From Candidatus Omnitrophota bacterium (GTDB lineage: Bacteria > Omnitrophota > Gorgyraeia > Zapsychrales > Zapsychraceae), in assembly GCA_050250375.1 (NCBI GenBank), contig JBFWOS010000002.1, positions 773,149 to 837,148 on the forward strand: DNA of 64,000 bases, in the 5' to 3' direction. Positions within the stretch are counted from its first letter, which is position 1. Each line of letters opens with the position of its first letter. A program made the position numbers and the translations under genes. The notes below the pieces were generated by a model, which saw only the letters and a program-made list of their open reading frames with translations, was not told the DNA's origin and made no database searches. Of this stretch, positions 45,846 through 56,658 are shown piece after piece.

Positions 45846-46820
45846 TCATCCATTCCGAAGATGTTTTTGCGGAACGGCATGCAGCAAGACGGCAATCAAA
45901 AAGCCCGCGCCGGCCAAAAGCAAGACCAGGAAAAACTGTCCATCCATGGCTGCCGGCCAGACATTAGCTTCCTGAACCGGTATTATTTTCCCAGAACTGG
46001 TCGTTAATGTTTGAATGACTTTTTTCCATGGCCAGATTTTATTAAGGGAACCAATGACGAACCCCGTCAGTATGGCTATGGTTAAATCGTGATATTTTCG
46101 AAACAACCACTCCAGGACACGGACAAAGGATAAAATTCCGACAACAATCCCGCTTAGAAAGATGATGATCGTTCCGATCTCCCGCTGATGAACGGCCTCA
46201 AGGATAAACTGATATTTCCCTAAAAGAAGCAGGATAAATGCCCCTGATATCCCCGGCAGGATCATCGCGCAAATCGCCAGGGCGCCGCTGAAAAAAATAA
46301 ACCACCATGTTTCCGGGGTGCTGACCGGGACTAATTGCACAAAGAAATATGTCCCGACACTGGAAACCATTAGGGCTATAACTTTTCCTTTGTCCCATTG
46401 TTTCATGGCCTTGGCAATGATCGGCACCGTAGCCAGGATCAGTCCGAAAAAAAAAGCATTCGTTAAAACAGGCTGGTTGGCCAACAGCCATGTAACCACG
46501 CGGGAGAATAATAATATCGCGCAGCCGATCCCGAAAAAAACAGCGCCGAGAAAACGCCAGGCCACGGACGCCAGGGCCTGCCGGAACTGGCCTCGCAAAA
46601 CCAGACGGACGAATACAGCGTCAAACGAACGGATCGCCTTGATCAAATCTTCATATATTTCGAGCATAAACGCGATGGTCCCTCCGGAAATACCCGGGAT
46701 CACGTCCGCAATCCCCATGCAAAAACCTTTGAGGGACAAAGTCAGGAAGTCCGCGAATGAACGGTTGTCATCTACGGGATGATAAAAGGTATTGTGTGCC
46801 GATGGTTCTATTTTATTCAC
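45846..46820 (-). CDS. DUF368-family membrane protein (PopT-like polyprenyl-phosphate transporter family)
   Basis: LKGFCMGIADVIPGISGGTIAFML and a second ILPGISGAFILLLLG motif match the two DUF368 repeats. 8 TM helices. Confidence 0.65.
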   Translation of the reverse strand: MNKIEPSAHNTFYHPVDDNRSFADFLTLSLKGFCMGIADVIPGISGGTIAFMLEIYEDLIKAIRSFDAVFVRLVLRGQFRQALASVAWRFLGAVFFGIGCAILLFSRVVTWLLANQPVLTNAFFFGLILATVPIIAKAMKQWDKGKVIALMVSSVGTYFFVQLVPVSTPETWWFIFFSGALAICAMILPGISGAFILLLLGKYQFILEAVHQREIGTIIIFLSGIVVGILSFVRVLEWLFRKYHDLTIAILTGFVIGSLNKIWPWKKVIQTLTTSSGKIIPVQEANVWPAAMDGQFFLVLLLAGAGFLIAVLLHAVPQKHLRNG

Positions 46821-46925
46821 TTATATTCTCCTGCTTAATTAAATAATCTAGTAAGGCCTTCCATCCCGTCGATACAAACTCTCCATTTCAGTACAGCCCG
46901 CCATTATGTCAGGTATGAATGAGTA

Positions 46926-47432
46926 TTAACGGGATTCTCGCATTAGATTCTGATAGCGGAGTTTCGATGCCCGGATGGATTCCAGGGCTGAATCCCGATC
47001 CCCCCACCCCTTGACGCCGGTCTTATGCCCTTCAAGATCTTTGTAAATTTTAAAAAAATGTTCGATTTCCTTGAGCAGATGGACAGGGACTTCATCAAGA
47101 GCATGGATATGATTCCACAAGGGATCTTCGATGGGGATACATAAAATTTTATCATCCAGCCCTTCTTCATCAACCATTTTAAACAGTCCGATAGGCCTGG
47201 ACTTGATAAAACATCCGGGAAATGTATGTTCGGTAATCAGAACCAGGGCGTCCAGAGGATCACCATCCTCGGCCAGTGTTTCCGGGATGAACCCGTAATC
47301 ACTGGGATAATGCACGGAAGAAAACAACATCCGGTCAAATTTGATCAGTTTTTTAACCGGGTCATATTCATATTTATTGCGGCTTCCTTTCGGAATCTCA
47401 ATCATCACGGACAGGATGTCTTCTTCGGGCAT
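46926..47432 (-). CDS. ppa: Inorganic pyrophosphatase (family I, soluble)
   Basis: EIPKGSRNKYEYD and DGDPLDALV are canonical family I PPase motifs. 168 aa. Confidence 0.9.
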   Translation of the reverse strand: MPEEDILSVMIEIPKGSRNKYEYDPVKKLIKFDRMLFSSVHYPSDYGFIPETLAEDGDPLDALVLITEHTFPGCFIKSRPIGLFKMVDEEGLDDKILCIPIEDPLWNHIHALDEVPVHLLKEIEHFFKIYKDLEGHKTGVKGWGDRDSALESIRASKLRYQNLMRESR

Positions 47433-47549
47433 AATACAGCTACTCTTCTTCTCTTCCGGTATGTGCTTTTGTCTTTAAAATCCGGCTGAGACAAAATCCT
47501 AACAGCCAAAAAATCGAACCCCACGATATTAATAAAAAAATCCAGCCGC

Positions 47550-49118
47550 CTAATTCCATGGTTTAATCACCGTGTTTTTCTGCTGCTTTTTTGAAAGTTT
47601 ATCCAGGAACACCAGAGTTAAAAATAACAACAGTATCCCAACCCGGACACCGATCACATACCAACGGTTCTCCGCGGAAACATTTTTAAACAGGATGTTG
47701 GGAATCCATTCCTGCCATAACCACATACCCAGAATAAATAAAAGAAACGCCGGGGTGATATATTTCATAATAAATTTATAAAACTTCGGGATATTGAGAT
47801 CAGCCCCTTGATGCAATTCTTCCCACGCCCGATCAATCCCGAAGACCCATCCAAAAAGGATTGCCTCGACCGTCGCAAAAACGACGAGACAAAATGAACC
47901 GCCCCAAAAGTCCAATTCATCAACCGCCCCGTTTTTAAGGAAGAAGATGGCCGGCTGGCATAAAGCAAACGTCAGGGCGGCAAATACAAGGACGGATTTT
48001 TTACGTGTCCAGTTAAACTCGTCTTCCAGAAAGGTGATAAATGGCTGCGACAACGATACTGATGATGTAACCCCGGCCAGAAAAAGCAGAAAAAACCAAA
48101 CAAATCCCATTAGCTCCGGTAAAGGCAGATGATTTAAAACAAGCGGCATGGTGACAAAGCTGAGATTAAAGATCCCGGAGGAAACAATCGTTTGGATCTC
48201 CTGAGGACCAAAAAAAATAAATGCTGCCGGAATGAGAATACTTCCCCCGAGAATGACTTCGGCCGCGGCGTTTGTACTGACGGCGGTTAATCCGGAAAGG
48301 GCCACATCCTGTTTTTTGGAAAGATAACTGGCGTAGGTGAAGACCGCACCGGTTCCGACACTTAATGTAAAAAAGATCTGTCCGGCCGCCTCCAGCCAGA
48401 CTTTGGCGGATTTTAGAGAATCAAACCGCGGGTTCCAGAAAAAACCGAAACCGTCGCTCAAAGACCAGTCAAATTGGGGTGATTGGAAAATCCCCAGAGT
48501 CAGAATCCGGATGAATAACACAACGGCGCATAAAAATAAAAGCGGCATCGCGATATTGCAAAGTTTCTCAATCCCCCCGCGGATCCCCTTATAAAGCACC
48601 CAGATATTCACCGAAAATGTGACCAGAAAGAAAAGATACGCACAGTGGATGCCCTGGAAGAACTCATTATTTTCAAGCCCCTGGTATCCCGACAGAAAGG
48701 ACTGCATGGAAGTATTCGAGTCAATGGACTTTAATTTTCCGAACAAGGAAAAAAAACTGTACGCCAATGTCCATGATTCAATGTACGCATAATAGGAAAA
48801 AATAAGCAGCGGCCCCAGGATGCCGAGCACTCCGATCCAGCGGACCCATTTTCTGCGGCTGATATGATGGAATAAGGTGGTCGGTGTTCCGCAATCATTG
48901 TTGCCGCCGTACCGGCCCAGGGTCCACTCCATCCACATCAGCGGGATCCCCAGAAAGACCAGCGCAATCAGATACGGGATCATAAACGCCCCGCCGCCGT
49001 TTTCAACAGCCTTGGCCGGAAACCTCAGGAAATTCCCCAACCCAACCGCGGATCCGGCAACGGCCAGGATTATTCCTACCCGGGAAGACCAATGTTCACG
49101 GGAATTTGAAGGTTTCAT
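47550..49118 (-). CDS. Sodium-dependent transporter, SNF/NSS family
   Basis: The N-terminal NSS signature reads REHWSSRVGIILAVAGSAVGLGNFLRFP. 522 aa with 11-12 TM helices. Confidence 0.85.
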   Translation of the reverse strand: MKPSNSREHWSSRVGIILAVAGSAVGLGNFLRFPAKAVENGGGAFMIPYLIALVFLGIPLMWMEWTLGRYGGNNDCGTPTTLFHHISRRKWVRWIGVLGILGPLLIFSYYAYIESWTLAYSFFSLFGKLKSIDSNTSMQSFLSGYQGLENNEFFQGIHCAYLFFLVTFSVNIWVLYKGIRGGIEKLCNIAMPLLFLCAVVLFIRILTLGIFQSPQFDWSLSDGFGFFWNPRFDSLKSAKVWLEAAGQIFFTLSVGTGAVFTYASYLSKKQDVALSGLTAVSTNAAAEVILGGSILIPAAFIFFGPQEIQTIVSSGIFNLSFVTMPLVLNHLPLPELMGFVWFFLLFLAGVTSSVSLSQPFITFLEDEFNWTRKKSVLVFAALTFALCQPAIFFLKNGAVDELDFWGGSFCLVVFATVEAILFGWVFGIDRAWEELHQGADLNIPKFYKFIMKYITPAFLLFILGMWLWQEWIPNILFKNVSAENRWYVIGVRVGILLLFLTLVFLDKLSKKQQKNTVIKPWN

Positions 49119-49507
49119 TCGTTATCCGGTTCCTCGTCGTGAATTATACCGTCCTCCGGTTTGATTTCCTGTTCCAAATGTTCATCGATGTGCTGGGTGA
49201 TTTCCGAGATCTTAGTCGCATCGGTCTGATAAATCTTGATCCCGGCCCGGTGTATTTCTTTCAGGGTTTTTCCGCTGAGAATCTGGCAGATGACGGCATC
49301 CACCTGGTTTTCTTTTAACATATTCTGCAGATGTTGTTTGCCGTACCGGTGATGATTCTTTGTGTTTTTTAACATGCGCAGATATTTCAATTCAGTATCG
49401 TAAAGAGCGAAATATCGCGCATTGGCGAAACGGTCATCCACGACCGAGTTTAAACCTTCATTGGATTTTGACGGAATGCAGACACGCATTCGAGTACTTC
49501 CAGTCAT
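49115..49507 (-). CDS. NifX/NifB-type dinitrogenase FeMo-cofactor-biosynthesis-domain small protein (MTH1175-like)
   Basis: MRVCIPS...GLNSVVDDRFANARYFALYD...VDAVICQILSGKTLKEIHRAGIKIY fits the Nitro_FeMo-Co fold pattern. Its stop overlaps the SNF transporter start (ATGA). The true start may be M7. Confidence 0.55.
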   Translation of the reverse strand: MTGSTRMRVCIPSKSNEGLNSVVDDRFANARYFALYDTELKYLRMLKNTKNHHRYGKQHLQNMLKENQVDAVICQILSGKTLKEIHRAGIKIYQTDATKISEITQHIDEHLEQEIKPEDGIIHDEEPDNE

Positions 49508-49525
49508 AAAAATTGATTAGATCGT

Positions 49526-49729
49526 TTATTTCCGTTTGTTGACAAGTTCTTCCGCTTTAAGCCAGTCGGCCAATTCATTTCCGTTCTGGCAGCCCCTTTT
49601 CTGGTACAATTCATAGGCGACTTGACGGATCTGTTCTTCTTTAGAATACGTTACCTGGGATAAACCCCGATCTTTGTTTTGAACGCTGCTTTTTGTGACA
49701 TCTTTAATTCTGTTTTTTTGTGTTTTCAT
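49526..49729 (-). CDS. DUF2934-family small protein
   Basis: EEQIRQVAYELYQKRGCQNGNELADWLKAEELV matches the DUF2934 consensus. 67 aa. Confidence 0.5.
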   Translation of the reverse strand: MKTQKNRIKDVTKSSVQNKDRGLSQVTYSKEEQIRQVAYELYQKRGCQNGNELADWLKAEELVNKRK

Positions 49730-49993
49730 CGTAATTCTCCTGTAAATTTTTTAAGTTAAAAAAGAAACTAATGGCCTGGAACACTCATCCCCCCACACCA
49801 CTTATCGTATAAATGAATTAGGTCTTAAATAATCCTGTTTGAATGTTTGAAAATTTTGGGCGTTATACAAAAGGTGCTTTGTCAGTGACTACGAACAAAT
49901 TAAAATTATTTTAACATTGTTTGGAAGGATGTCAAATTCAATCCTGTTAACCGTAAAATTGACCGCGCAAAATTGTCCGGTAACAGTCTTACC

Positions 49994-50392
49994 CTACTTA
50001 TTGAAAATTTGCCGGACATAAATCGGGATATTCGCCATTTCCGTACCGTCAATCAGCAGGACCACCTGGTAATCTCCCGGCTTTTTAAATTCGATGTTTT
50101 GTCCATTAACGGCAAATGAATATGAAGTCTCGGGCAAACTGTTCGGGGGAGGGATGACATTCATGTCGCTTTGCGCGTTGATCAGATTGTTCCCTTCCGC
50201 ATCCCGAAAAAGAATCGCTAATTTATGCGGACCGTATTCAGAGCGTCCAACCAGCAGGCGCACGCCGATACTGATCCTCGGAATCTTATAAGGGAAGGCC
50301 GGCGCGTTTATGGTATCAAAGGTCCGGCACAGAGATAAACAGCCGTTTTCAACCCAGGCGTGATCCGCAACGGCGGCAATGATTGGTTTCAT
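49994..50392 (-). CDS. Hypothetical protein
   Basis: 132-aa ORF with no recognisable domain. Confidence 0.35.
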   Translation of the reverse strand: MKPIIAAVADHAWVENGCLSLCRTFDTINAPAFPYKIPRISIGVRLLVGRSEYGPHKLAILFRDAEGNNLINAQSDMNVIPPPNSLPETSYSFAVNGQNIEFKKPGDYQVVLLIDGTEMANIPIYVRQIFNK

Positions 50393-50495
50393 AGGATTCG
50401 TCCACCATAAAAAAACATATTTTATTTTATCAAAATTTATTTAAGAAAAAAGTTTTTATATGATTAAATAGAATTTTAATCGTATATGGGGAAAC

Positions 50496-50876
50496 CTATC
50501 TTACGCTGGCAGTGAACTGCCAAATACAAATAAAAACGGCTCCCAAGAGACTTCCAAGCGTGAGCAGAGTCGCCAGCAACATAATCCCGCCATACCGGCG
50601 AAATTGACCGGAAGCCAGATTCGAACGATTCTGTCCCCGGCGCATCAAGCCCCACAACCCCAGCATCAGCCCCAAACAGGACATGGCCAACCCATAAAAA
50701 AACACGGCCGCGATACTCCGTAAATTAAATTCCGGCGGACCTCCCCTCAAGATATCAAATACAGAATAGTCTCCGCCATCGAACCAATAGCCGAAACTTC
50801 GAAAGGCAAACCCAAGCAATCCGGCAGCCAGCATCAGGGCAAACAGCGAGCCTTGTGAAGGGGGATTTTTCGCCAT
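50496..50876 (-). CDS. Hypothetical small membrane protein (3-4 TM)
   Basis: 126-aa hydrophobic ORF directly downstream of cysA. Confidence 0.4.
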   Translation of the reverse strand: MAKNPPSQGSLFALMLAAGLLGFAFRSFGYWFDGGDYSVFDILRGGPPEFNLRSIAAVFFYGLAMSCLGLMLGLWGLMRRGQNRSNLASGQFRRYGGIMLLATLLTLGSLLGAVFICIWQFTASVR

Positions 50877-50887
50877 TAAGTAATTCC

Positions 50888-51910
50888 TTAAATGTCGTAT
50901 TCGCTGTATGTAATATTTTTAGGGGTCAGGAATACTTCATCATTTTTGACGAGCTTCAGGGTTTTAAATTCTTCCTGAGAAATTTCGATCTGGTAAACTT
51001 CCCCTTCCTCAGAACGGGCATCAATCTTGACGACTGACCCCGCGGGATTGACAAAGACAATCCTCACCCGAACGGAATCGGCGGATGTTGACAATCGGGA
51101 TACAGCAAGCTGGTGCGGACGAACATATATTTTTTTTTGTTTGGAGTTGCCGGGCAACGCGTCGCCTTCAGAACGGGCATGAAAGATATTTACATTCCCC
51201 AAAAAATTCAGGACAAACACGGAGGCCGGGTTATGATACACCTCTTCCGGGCTGCCTGTTTGTTCAATCCGGCCTTCATTCATAACGACGATTTTATCGG
51301 CCACTTCAAGGGCCTCTTCCTGGTCATGGGTGACAAACAGGGTCGTAATATGCAGGTCGTCATGGAACCGTCTGAGCCATTGCCGCAACTCCTTCCTCAC
51401 CCTGGCATCCAGCGAACCAAACGGTTCATCCAGCAATAACACCTTCGGTTCGATGGCTAAGGCCCTGGCTAAGGCAATCCGCTGACGTTGTCCTCCGGAT
51501 AACTGGGAAGGATAACGGTCGGCGACCCAGTCCAACTGCACTAACTTCAGAAGTTCTTGCACCTTGTTTTTTATCGCTTCCTTCCCCGGCCGGATGCCTT
51601 TCGGTTTAACTTCCAGGCCAAAAGCGATATTTTGAAATACGGTCATATGCCGGAACAACGCATAATGCTGAAAGACAAAACCGACGTTCCGGTCTTTTGT
51701 CTTTTTATTCTTCGCATCATCGCCGTGAAATAAAATTTCGCCGCTTTCCGCCGTTTCTAGTCCGGCAATAATCCTCAAAAGTGTGGTCTTTCCCGATCCG
51801 GACGGACCCAGTAACGCGATCAGTTCCCCGGTGTTAACGGTTAGACTTACATTGTTCAACGCTTTGTACGTCCCGAATGTTTTGTTGATTTGCTGGACTT
51901 CAATGCTCAT
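50888..51910 (-). CDS. cysA: Sulfate/thiosulfate ABC transporter ATP-binding protein with a C-terminal TOBE domain
   Basis: Walker [13 protein letters not shown] signature LSGGQRQR and Walker B LLLDEP. The start overlaps the cysW stop. Confidence 0.9.
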   Translation of the reverse strand: MSIEVQQINKTFGTYKALNNVSLTVNTGELIALLGPSGSGKTTLLRIIAGLETAESGEILFHGDDAKNKKTKDRNVGFVFQHYALFRHMTVFQNIAFGLEVKPKGIRPGKEAIKNKVQELLKLVQLDWVADRYPSQLSGGQRQRIALARALAIEPKVLLLDEPFGSLDARVRKELRQWLRRFHDDLHITTLFVTHDQEEALEVADKIVVMNEGRIEQTGSPEEVYHNPASVFVLNFLGNVNIFHARSEGDALPGNSKQKKIYVRPHQLAVSRLSTSADSVRVRIVFVNPAGSVVKIDARSEEGEVYQIEISQEEFKTLKLVKNDEVFLTPKNITYSEYDI

Positions 51911-52755
51911 GCAAAAATCTCCGTCTTTTGGGCCGCTTTTAGTTCTGCCTTATATTTATGTTCAATCATCGATTTTAAGATCAATGTGACCAGCGCCAGC
52001 ATGGCCAGTATGGACGCGGCGGCAAAAGCCGCGGTAAACTGGTATTCATTGTACAAAATCTCGATATGCAGCGGCAGGGTGTTGGTCTGTCCCCGGATAT
52101 GTCCTGAGACAACTGAAACCGCGCCGAACTCACCCATCGCCCTGGCATTGCACAAGATGACCCCGTATAAAAGGCCCCATTTGATGTTCGGTAATGTTAT
52201 CCGCCAGAACGTCTGCCATCCGCTGGCTCCCAGGGTCAACGCGGCCTCTTCCTCTTCCGTCCCCTGGACCTTCATGACCGGGATCAGTTCACGGGCAATC
52301 ATGGGGAACGTAACAAAAATCGTCGCCAGAATAATGGCCGGCGGCGCAAAAATAATTTTAATCCCGCGTTCCATGAACCAGGGGCCCCAGGCTCCCTGAG
52401 CGCCAAACAATAAGACAAAAATCAATCCGGAAATGACCGGCGAAACGGATAACGGAAGGTCAATCAGTGTGATCAAAAGATTCTTTCCGTAAAAGTCAAA
52501 TTTTGCGATCGCCCATGATGCAGCCACACCAAATACCAAATTTAACGGCACAGCCAATAACGCCGTCACGACCGTCAGTCTCAGCGCGGATAAAGTATTC
52601 GGATCGTTAATGGCACTAAAATAAACTCCTAGTCCTTTATTTAAACCGGTAATCAAAACAGCACCCAGCGGCAACACAATAAACAACGTCAGATATGTCA
52701 GGGCGACAGTGATTAATATCCAGCGGATAACAGGCGGTTCAGTTCGTATCGGCAT
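51907..52755 (-). CDS. cysW: Sulfate ABC transporter permease
   Basis: Six TM helices and an EAA-like loop (...[18 protein letters not shown]). It is adjacent to cysT and cysA. Confidence 0.85.
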   Translation of the reverse strand: MPIRTEPPVIRWILITVALTYLTLFIVLPLGAVLITGLNKGLGVYFSAINDPNTLSALRLTVVTALLAVPLNLVFGVAASWAIAKFDFYGKNLLITLIDLPLSVSPVISGLIFVLLFGAQGAWGPWFMERGIKIIFAPPAIILATIFVTFPMIARELIPVMKVQGTEEEEAALTLGASGWQTFWRITLPNIKWGLLYGVILCNARAMGEFGAVSVVSGHIRGQTNTLPLHIEILYNEYQFTAAFAAASILAMLALVTLILKSMIEHKYKAELKAAQKTEIFA

Positions 52756-53591
52756 TAATTGACTCCAATTCGTTTAGAAGAAATCCATTGTAAATAATTG
52801 GTGAACGCCAATAACGCGAACGAAACCAACAACATGACTAACGCAATGGCGGTGGCGCCGGAGTAATCGTACTGTTCCAGTTTAGTCATGATGAGAAGCG
52901 GCGCAATCTCCGTTTTCCTAGGCATATTCCCGGCGATAAAAATAACCGATCCGTATTCTCCGATCCCCCGGGCAAAGGCTAATGTAAATCCCGTGATCAA
53001 GGGCGGAATAAGATTGGGAAACAAGATGCGGGTAAACGTCTGCCAGCGGGTGGCCCCCAGGCTAGCCGCTGCGTCTTCGATTTCACCGTCCAATTCCTGC
53101 AAAACAGGCTCAATCGTGCGGACCACAAAAGGCAGTCCGATAAAAATCAGGGCGATCGTGATACCGAACGGGCTGTACGCGGATTGAATGCCCCACGCGT
53201 ACAAATGTTGTCCAATCAATCCGTTTTGCGCATACAAAGAGGCCAGCGTAATCCCGGTTACCGCCGTGGGCAAGGCAAAAGGAAAATCAACCAGGGCGTC
53301 AAATATCTTTTTCCCGGGAAAGTGGTAACGGACCAGAACCCAGGCAATCAGGAAACCAAAGACCATATTGACCAATCCGGCAACAAAACTGGCCCCGAAA
53401 CTCAAGCGGTAAGCAGCCAATGTTCGGGGCGCGGTTACAACATCCCAAATGCCGCTCAGGCCAATCGTCGATGACTTGATGAATAACATGGACAACGGGA
53501 GCAATACGATCAACCCTAAATAAAACAAAGTATACCCAAACGCCAGGTTAAATCCGGGCAGTGTCGTTTTCTTTCGTAAAATTTTAATCAT
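52755..53591 (-). CDS. cysT: Sulfate ABC transporter permease
   Basis: Paralogous to the permease downstream (AASLGATRWQTFTRILFP). Its stop overlaps the cysW start. Confidence 0.85.
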   Translation of the reverse strand: MIKILRKKTTLPGFNLAFGYTLFYLGLIVLLPLSMLFIKSSTIGLSGIWDVVTAPRTLAAYRLSFGASFVAGLVNMVFGFLIAWVLVRYHFPGKKIFDALVDFPFALPTAVTGITLASLYAQNGLIGQHLYAWGIQSAYSPFGITIALIFIGLPFVVRTIEPVLQELDGEIEDAAASLGATRWQTFTRILFPNLIPPLITGFTLAFARGIGEYGSVIFIAGNMPRKTEIAPLLIMTKLEQYDYSGATAIALVMLLVSFALLAFTNYLQWISSKRIGVN

Positions 53592-53620
53592 ACGGGTTTC
53601 TCTCCGATGGCAGGCAGATG

Positions 53621-54622
53621 TTATTCCTGGTAAATCTGATCAAATATTCCCTTATCGGCAAAATGGATCGCCTGAGCCTTGGCCCAACCTCCCGCGATTT
53701 CTTCAATCGTGAAAAAAACAATCGGTGAGAAACGGTCCGCATATTTTTCGGTTACCGACAGAGACCTGGGGCGGTAATAATGCCGGGCCGCAATTTCTTG
53801 CGCGGTGTCCGAATAAAGATAAGCCAAATATTCTCCTGCAATCTCACGGGTTTTGTGGCGTTCGACATTCCGGTCGACTAAAGTGACCGGCGGTTCCGCC
53901 AAAATGCTCGTGGACGGTGTGACGATTTCAAATTTATCCGGCCCCAATTCCGTCACGGCCAGATAAGCCTCATTTTCCCAGGAAATCAAGACATCCCCTA
54001 TTCCCCGTTCGATAAATGTCGTCATTGATCCGCGGGCGCCCGAATCCAGGATCGGAACATTTTTATAGATGGCTTTTACAAAGGCCTTTGCTTCGTTGTC
54101 ATCATGATCCCATCGCAGCCAGGCATAACCCCAGGCTGCCATATAATTCCAGCGGGCGCCTCCTGATGTCTTTGGATTGGGTGTAATAACGGTCAAACCG
54201 GGTCGGACCAGATCTTCCCAATCTTTAATCTTTTTCGGGTTTCCTTTGCGCACCAGGAAAACAATCGTTGAGGTATACGGTGCGCTGTTATAAGGTAACC
54301 GGGTCTGCCAGCTTTCCGGGATAAATCCGGATTTCTCGGCGATGGAATCGATATCATAAGACAACGCGAGTGTGACGACATCCGCTTCCAGGCCGTCAAT
54401 GACAGACCGTGCCTGTTTGCCGCTTCCGCCGTGGGATTGATTAATTACCACGGTCTGGCCTGTCTTATCTTTCCAATACGTTCGAAACGTCTGGTTAAAC
54501 TCCTCATAAAATTCCCGGGTCGGATCGTACGAAACATTTAAGAGGCGCAGCGTCCCACCCATTTTTGAACAACTGATCCCCGCCGCAAGGATTAAGACCA
54601 TAATAAATTTGTAATTTTTCAT
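53621..54622 (-). CDS. sbp: Sulfate/thiosulfate-binding periplasmic protein
   Basis: It has a signal peptide plus an Sbp/CysP-family pattern (...[11 protein letters not shown]...[15 protein letters not shown]...). It is the first gene of the permease operon. Confidence 0.8.
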   Translation of the reverse strand: MKNYKFIMVLILAAGISCSKMGGTLRLLNVSYDPTREFYEEFNQTFRTYWKDKTGQTVVINQSHGGSGKQARSVIDGLEADVVTLALSYDIDSIAEKSGFIPESWQTRLPYNSAPYTSTIVFLVRKGNPKKIKDWEDLVRPGLTVITPNPKTSGGARWNYMAAWGYAWLRWDHDDNEAKAFVKAIYKNVPILDSGARGSMTTFIERGIGDVLISWENEAYLAVTELGPDKFEIVTPSTSILAEPPVTLVDRNVERHKTREIAGEYLAYLYSDTAQEIAARHYYRPRSLSVTEKYADRFSPIVFFTIEEIAGGWAKAQAIHFADKGIFDQIYQE

Positions 54623-54629
54623 AAAAGTC

Positions 54630-55085
54630 TCAAATGATAAAATTCATTGTGTTTTTTTGCTGGGCCTGAACGACTTCGGACATTAAATCGGCAAAACTTT
54701 TATTATCCAGGATATCAGCCAGGGCATCCCGGACTTCTTTCATCACAAACCGGATTCCGCAGCTTTTCTCATCCACACATTCAGCGCAGCGCTGATACGC
54801 CGTCTGGCTGACACACCCCACCGGGGCTAACGGACCTTCCAGGACACGGATAATTTCTCCCAACGTAATTTCCCGGGGAGATTTACTTAAACGATACCCC
54901 CCGCCTTTTCCGATTTTACTGGTTAAAACGCCTGTTTTACGTAATTCCAGCAAAATAGCTTCAAGAAATTTTTTGGGAATTCCCTTACTTTTGGATATGT
55001 CCGCAATAAGGGCCGGCCCATTTAAATAATGTTCACTTAAATAAATCATGGCCTGAAGGCCGTATTTTGTCTTTTTTGAAATCAT
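54630..55085 (-). CDS. Rrf2-family transcriptional regulator (IscR/CymR-like) with a Cys cluster
   Basis: The wHTH reads [13 protein letters not shown]...[37 protein letters not shown]. Four Cys lie in [22 protein letters not shown]. It is located immediately upstream of the sulfate ABC operon. Confidence 0.8.
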   Translation of the reverse strand: MISKKTKYGLQAMIYLSEHYLNGPALIADISKSKGIPKKFLEAILLELRKTGVLTSKIGKGGGYRLSKSPREITLGEIIRVLEGPLAPVGCVSQTAYQRCAECVDEKSCGIRFVMKEVRDALADILDNKSFADLMSEVVQAQQKNTMNFII

Positions 55086-55161
55086 ATTATCTACTAATCC
55101 GATAGATTTACTGCATTATAAGGAAACACTCACAAAAGTCAAGTCTTAAATCCCTAATCCG

Positions 55162-56628
55162 TTATTTAGCCTGAATAATTTTTTGCAGTAATCGCAGAGT
55201 GGTGTCATTCCCGAGAACTTGCAGAACATCGCCTCCCTCAAGAAACGTTGCCCCGTTGGGGATATAAAATTTACCGTCCCGGCAAACCAGGACGACCAGA
55301 CATTCTTCCGGGATGCCGATCTCAAACAAGCGTTTTCCAATAACGGCGGCATTATAAGGGATGATGATTTCTTCAAGATTGGCATCAATCCCCTCTTTTT
55401 TCTCAAATTCGATCGGAAAAGCCTGAACCTGACTGGGCGGAATTTCTACCTTTAATAATCTAGAAATATACGGGATAGATGTGCCTTGCAGAAAAATCGA
55501 TGTCAACACAATAAAGAAAACAATATTGAAAATGATTTGGGAGCTCGGCAGGTTGGCCAGCAACGGGAATGTCGCGAGGATAATCGGCACAGCTCCCCGT
55601 AACCCCACCCAGGACAACATGAACTTTTCATTGACTTTCAACGGACTGAAGGCCAGCGTAATAAAAACACTCACAGGGCGCGCCACCAAGATAAGGAAAA
55701 CGGACAACATCAACCCTTGGCCGCTAATGGGGATCATTCTCGAAGGATAGACCAATAACCCCAAGATAAGAAACATAAAGATCTGCATCAGCCAGCTGAT
55801 CCCGCTGTGAAAATGAATCAATGATTTCTTGTGGAGAAAATCCTTATTCCCAAGAATTAATGCGGCCAAATAAACAGCCAGAAACCCGTTGCCTTTGGCC
55901 ATCGTTGTCACCGCGTAAATCAGCGGCGCAAACGCCAGAGTCATCACCGGATATAATCCTTCATACGCGAAACGAAAGTTATTAATAATAAGCAAAAATA
56001 ATTTACTCATGAGAACCGCCATGCCCACACCGATCACAACTTCGAGAAAAAATTGTGGGATCAAGCGGTAAAACGTAAATCCCGGCTCCGCAATTAACCG
56101 GATCATCCCGAGCGTCAAAAATACGGCCATCGGGTCGTTACTGCCCGATTCCAATTCCAGCAATGATCGGAGACGGGTTTTCAAATTAATTCCCTTTGAA
56201 CGCAGGATACCCAGGACCGATGCGGTGTCGGTTGAAGAAATGATCGCCCCCAGAAGCATCCCTTGAAGGAAATTAAATTTCAAAACCAACATCGAAAAAC
56301 AGGCAATCAGGATGGCCGTGAGGGCAACCCCTACAGTCGCCAGACAGATCCCCGACCACAACACCGGGCGGACGTCCGTCCATTTCGTTTCCAAACCGCC
56401 GGAAAAAAGAATAAAGATCAATGCCGTGATACCGATAAATTTTGCCAGCCACGGATCATCAAAATAAATTCCGCCCAGCCCTTCCGATCCGGCCAGCATA
56501 CCCAGGACTAAAAAAATAAATAAGGCCGGCACACCAAACCGGTCTGATATTTTGCTGGCAAATATACTCAGCAGCAATAACGCAGAAGCAATAAAAATTG
56601 TTAATTCAATTGAAATTGAGCTGAACAT
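55162..56628 (-). CDS. NhaP2/CvrA-type (CPA1) K+(Na+)/H+ antiporter with a C-terminal TrkA_C-like domain
   Basis: The N-terminal TM domain ELTIFIASALLLLSIFASKISDRFGVPALFIFLVLGMLAGSEGLGGI is typical of NhaP2. The C-terminal soluble ~80 aa resemble TrkA_C. Confidence 0.8.
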   Translation of the reverse strand: MFSSISIELTIFIASALLLLSIFASKISDRFGVPALFIFLVLGMLAGSEGLGGIYFDDPWLAKFIGITALIFILFSGGLETKWTDVRPVLWSGICLATVGVALTAILIACFSMLVLKFNFLQGMLLGAIISSTDTASVLGILRSKGINLKTRLRSLLELESGSNDPMAVFLTLGMIRLIAEPGFTFYRLIPQFFLEVVIGVGMAVLMSKLFLLIINNFRFAYEGLYPVMTLAFAPLIYAVTTMAKGNGFLAVYLAALILGNKDFLHKKSLIHFHSGISWLMQIFMFLILGLLVYPSRMIPISGQGLMLSVFLILVARPVSVFITLAFSPLKVNEKFMLSWVGLRGAVPIILATFPLLANLPSSQIIFNIVFFIVLTSIFLQGTSIPYISRLLKVEIPPSQVQAFPIEFEKKEGIDANLEEIIIPYNAAVIGKRLFEIGIPEECLVVLVCRDGKFYIPNGATFLEGGDVLQVLGNDTTLRLLQKIIQAK

Positions 56629-56658
56629 TGTTTTATTTGATGAATTGATTTTCCCAAA

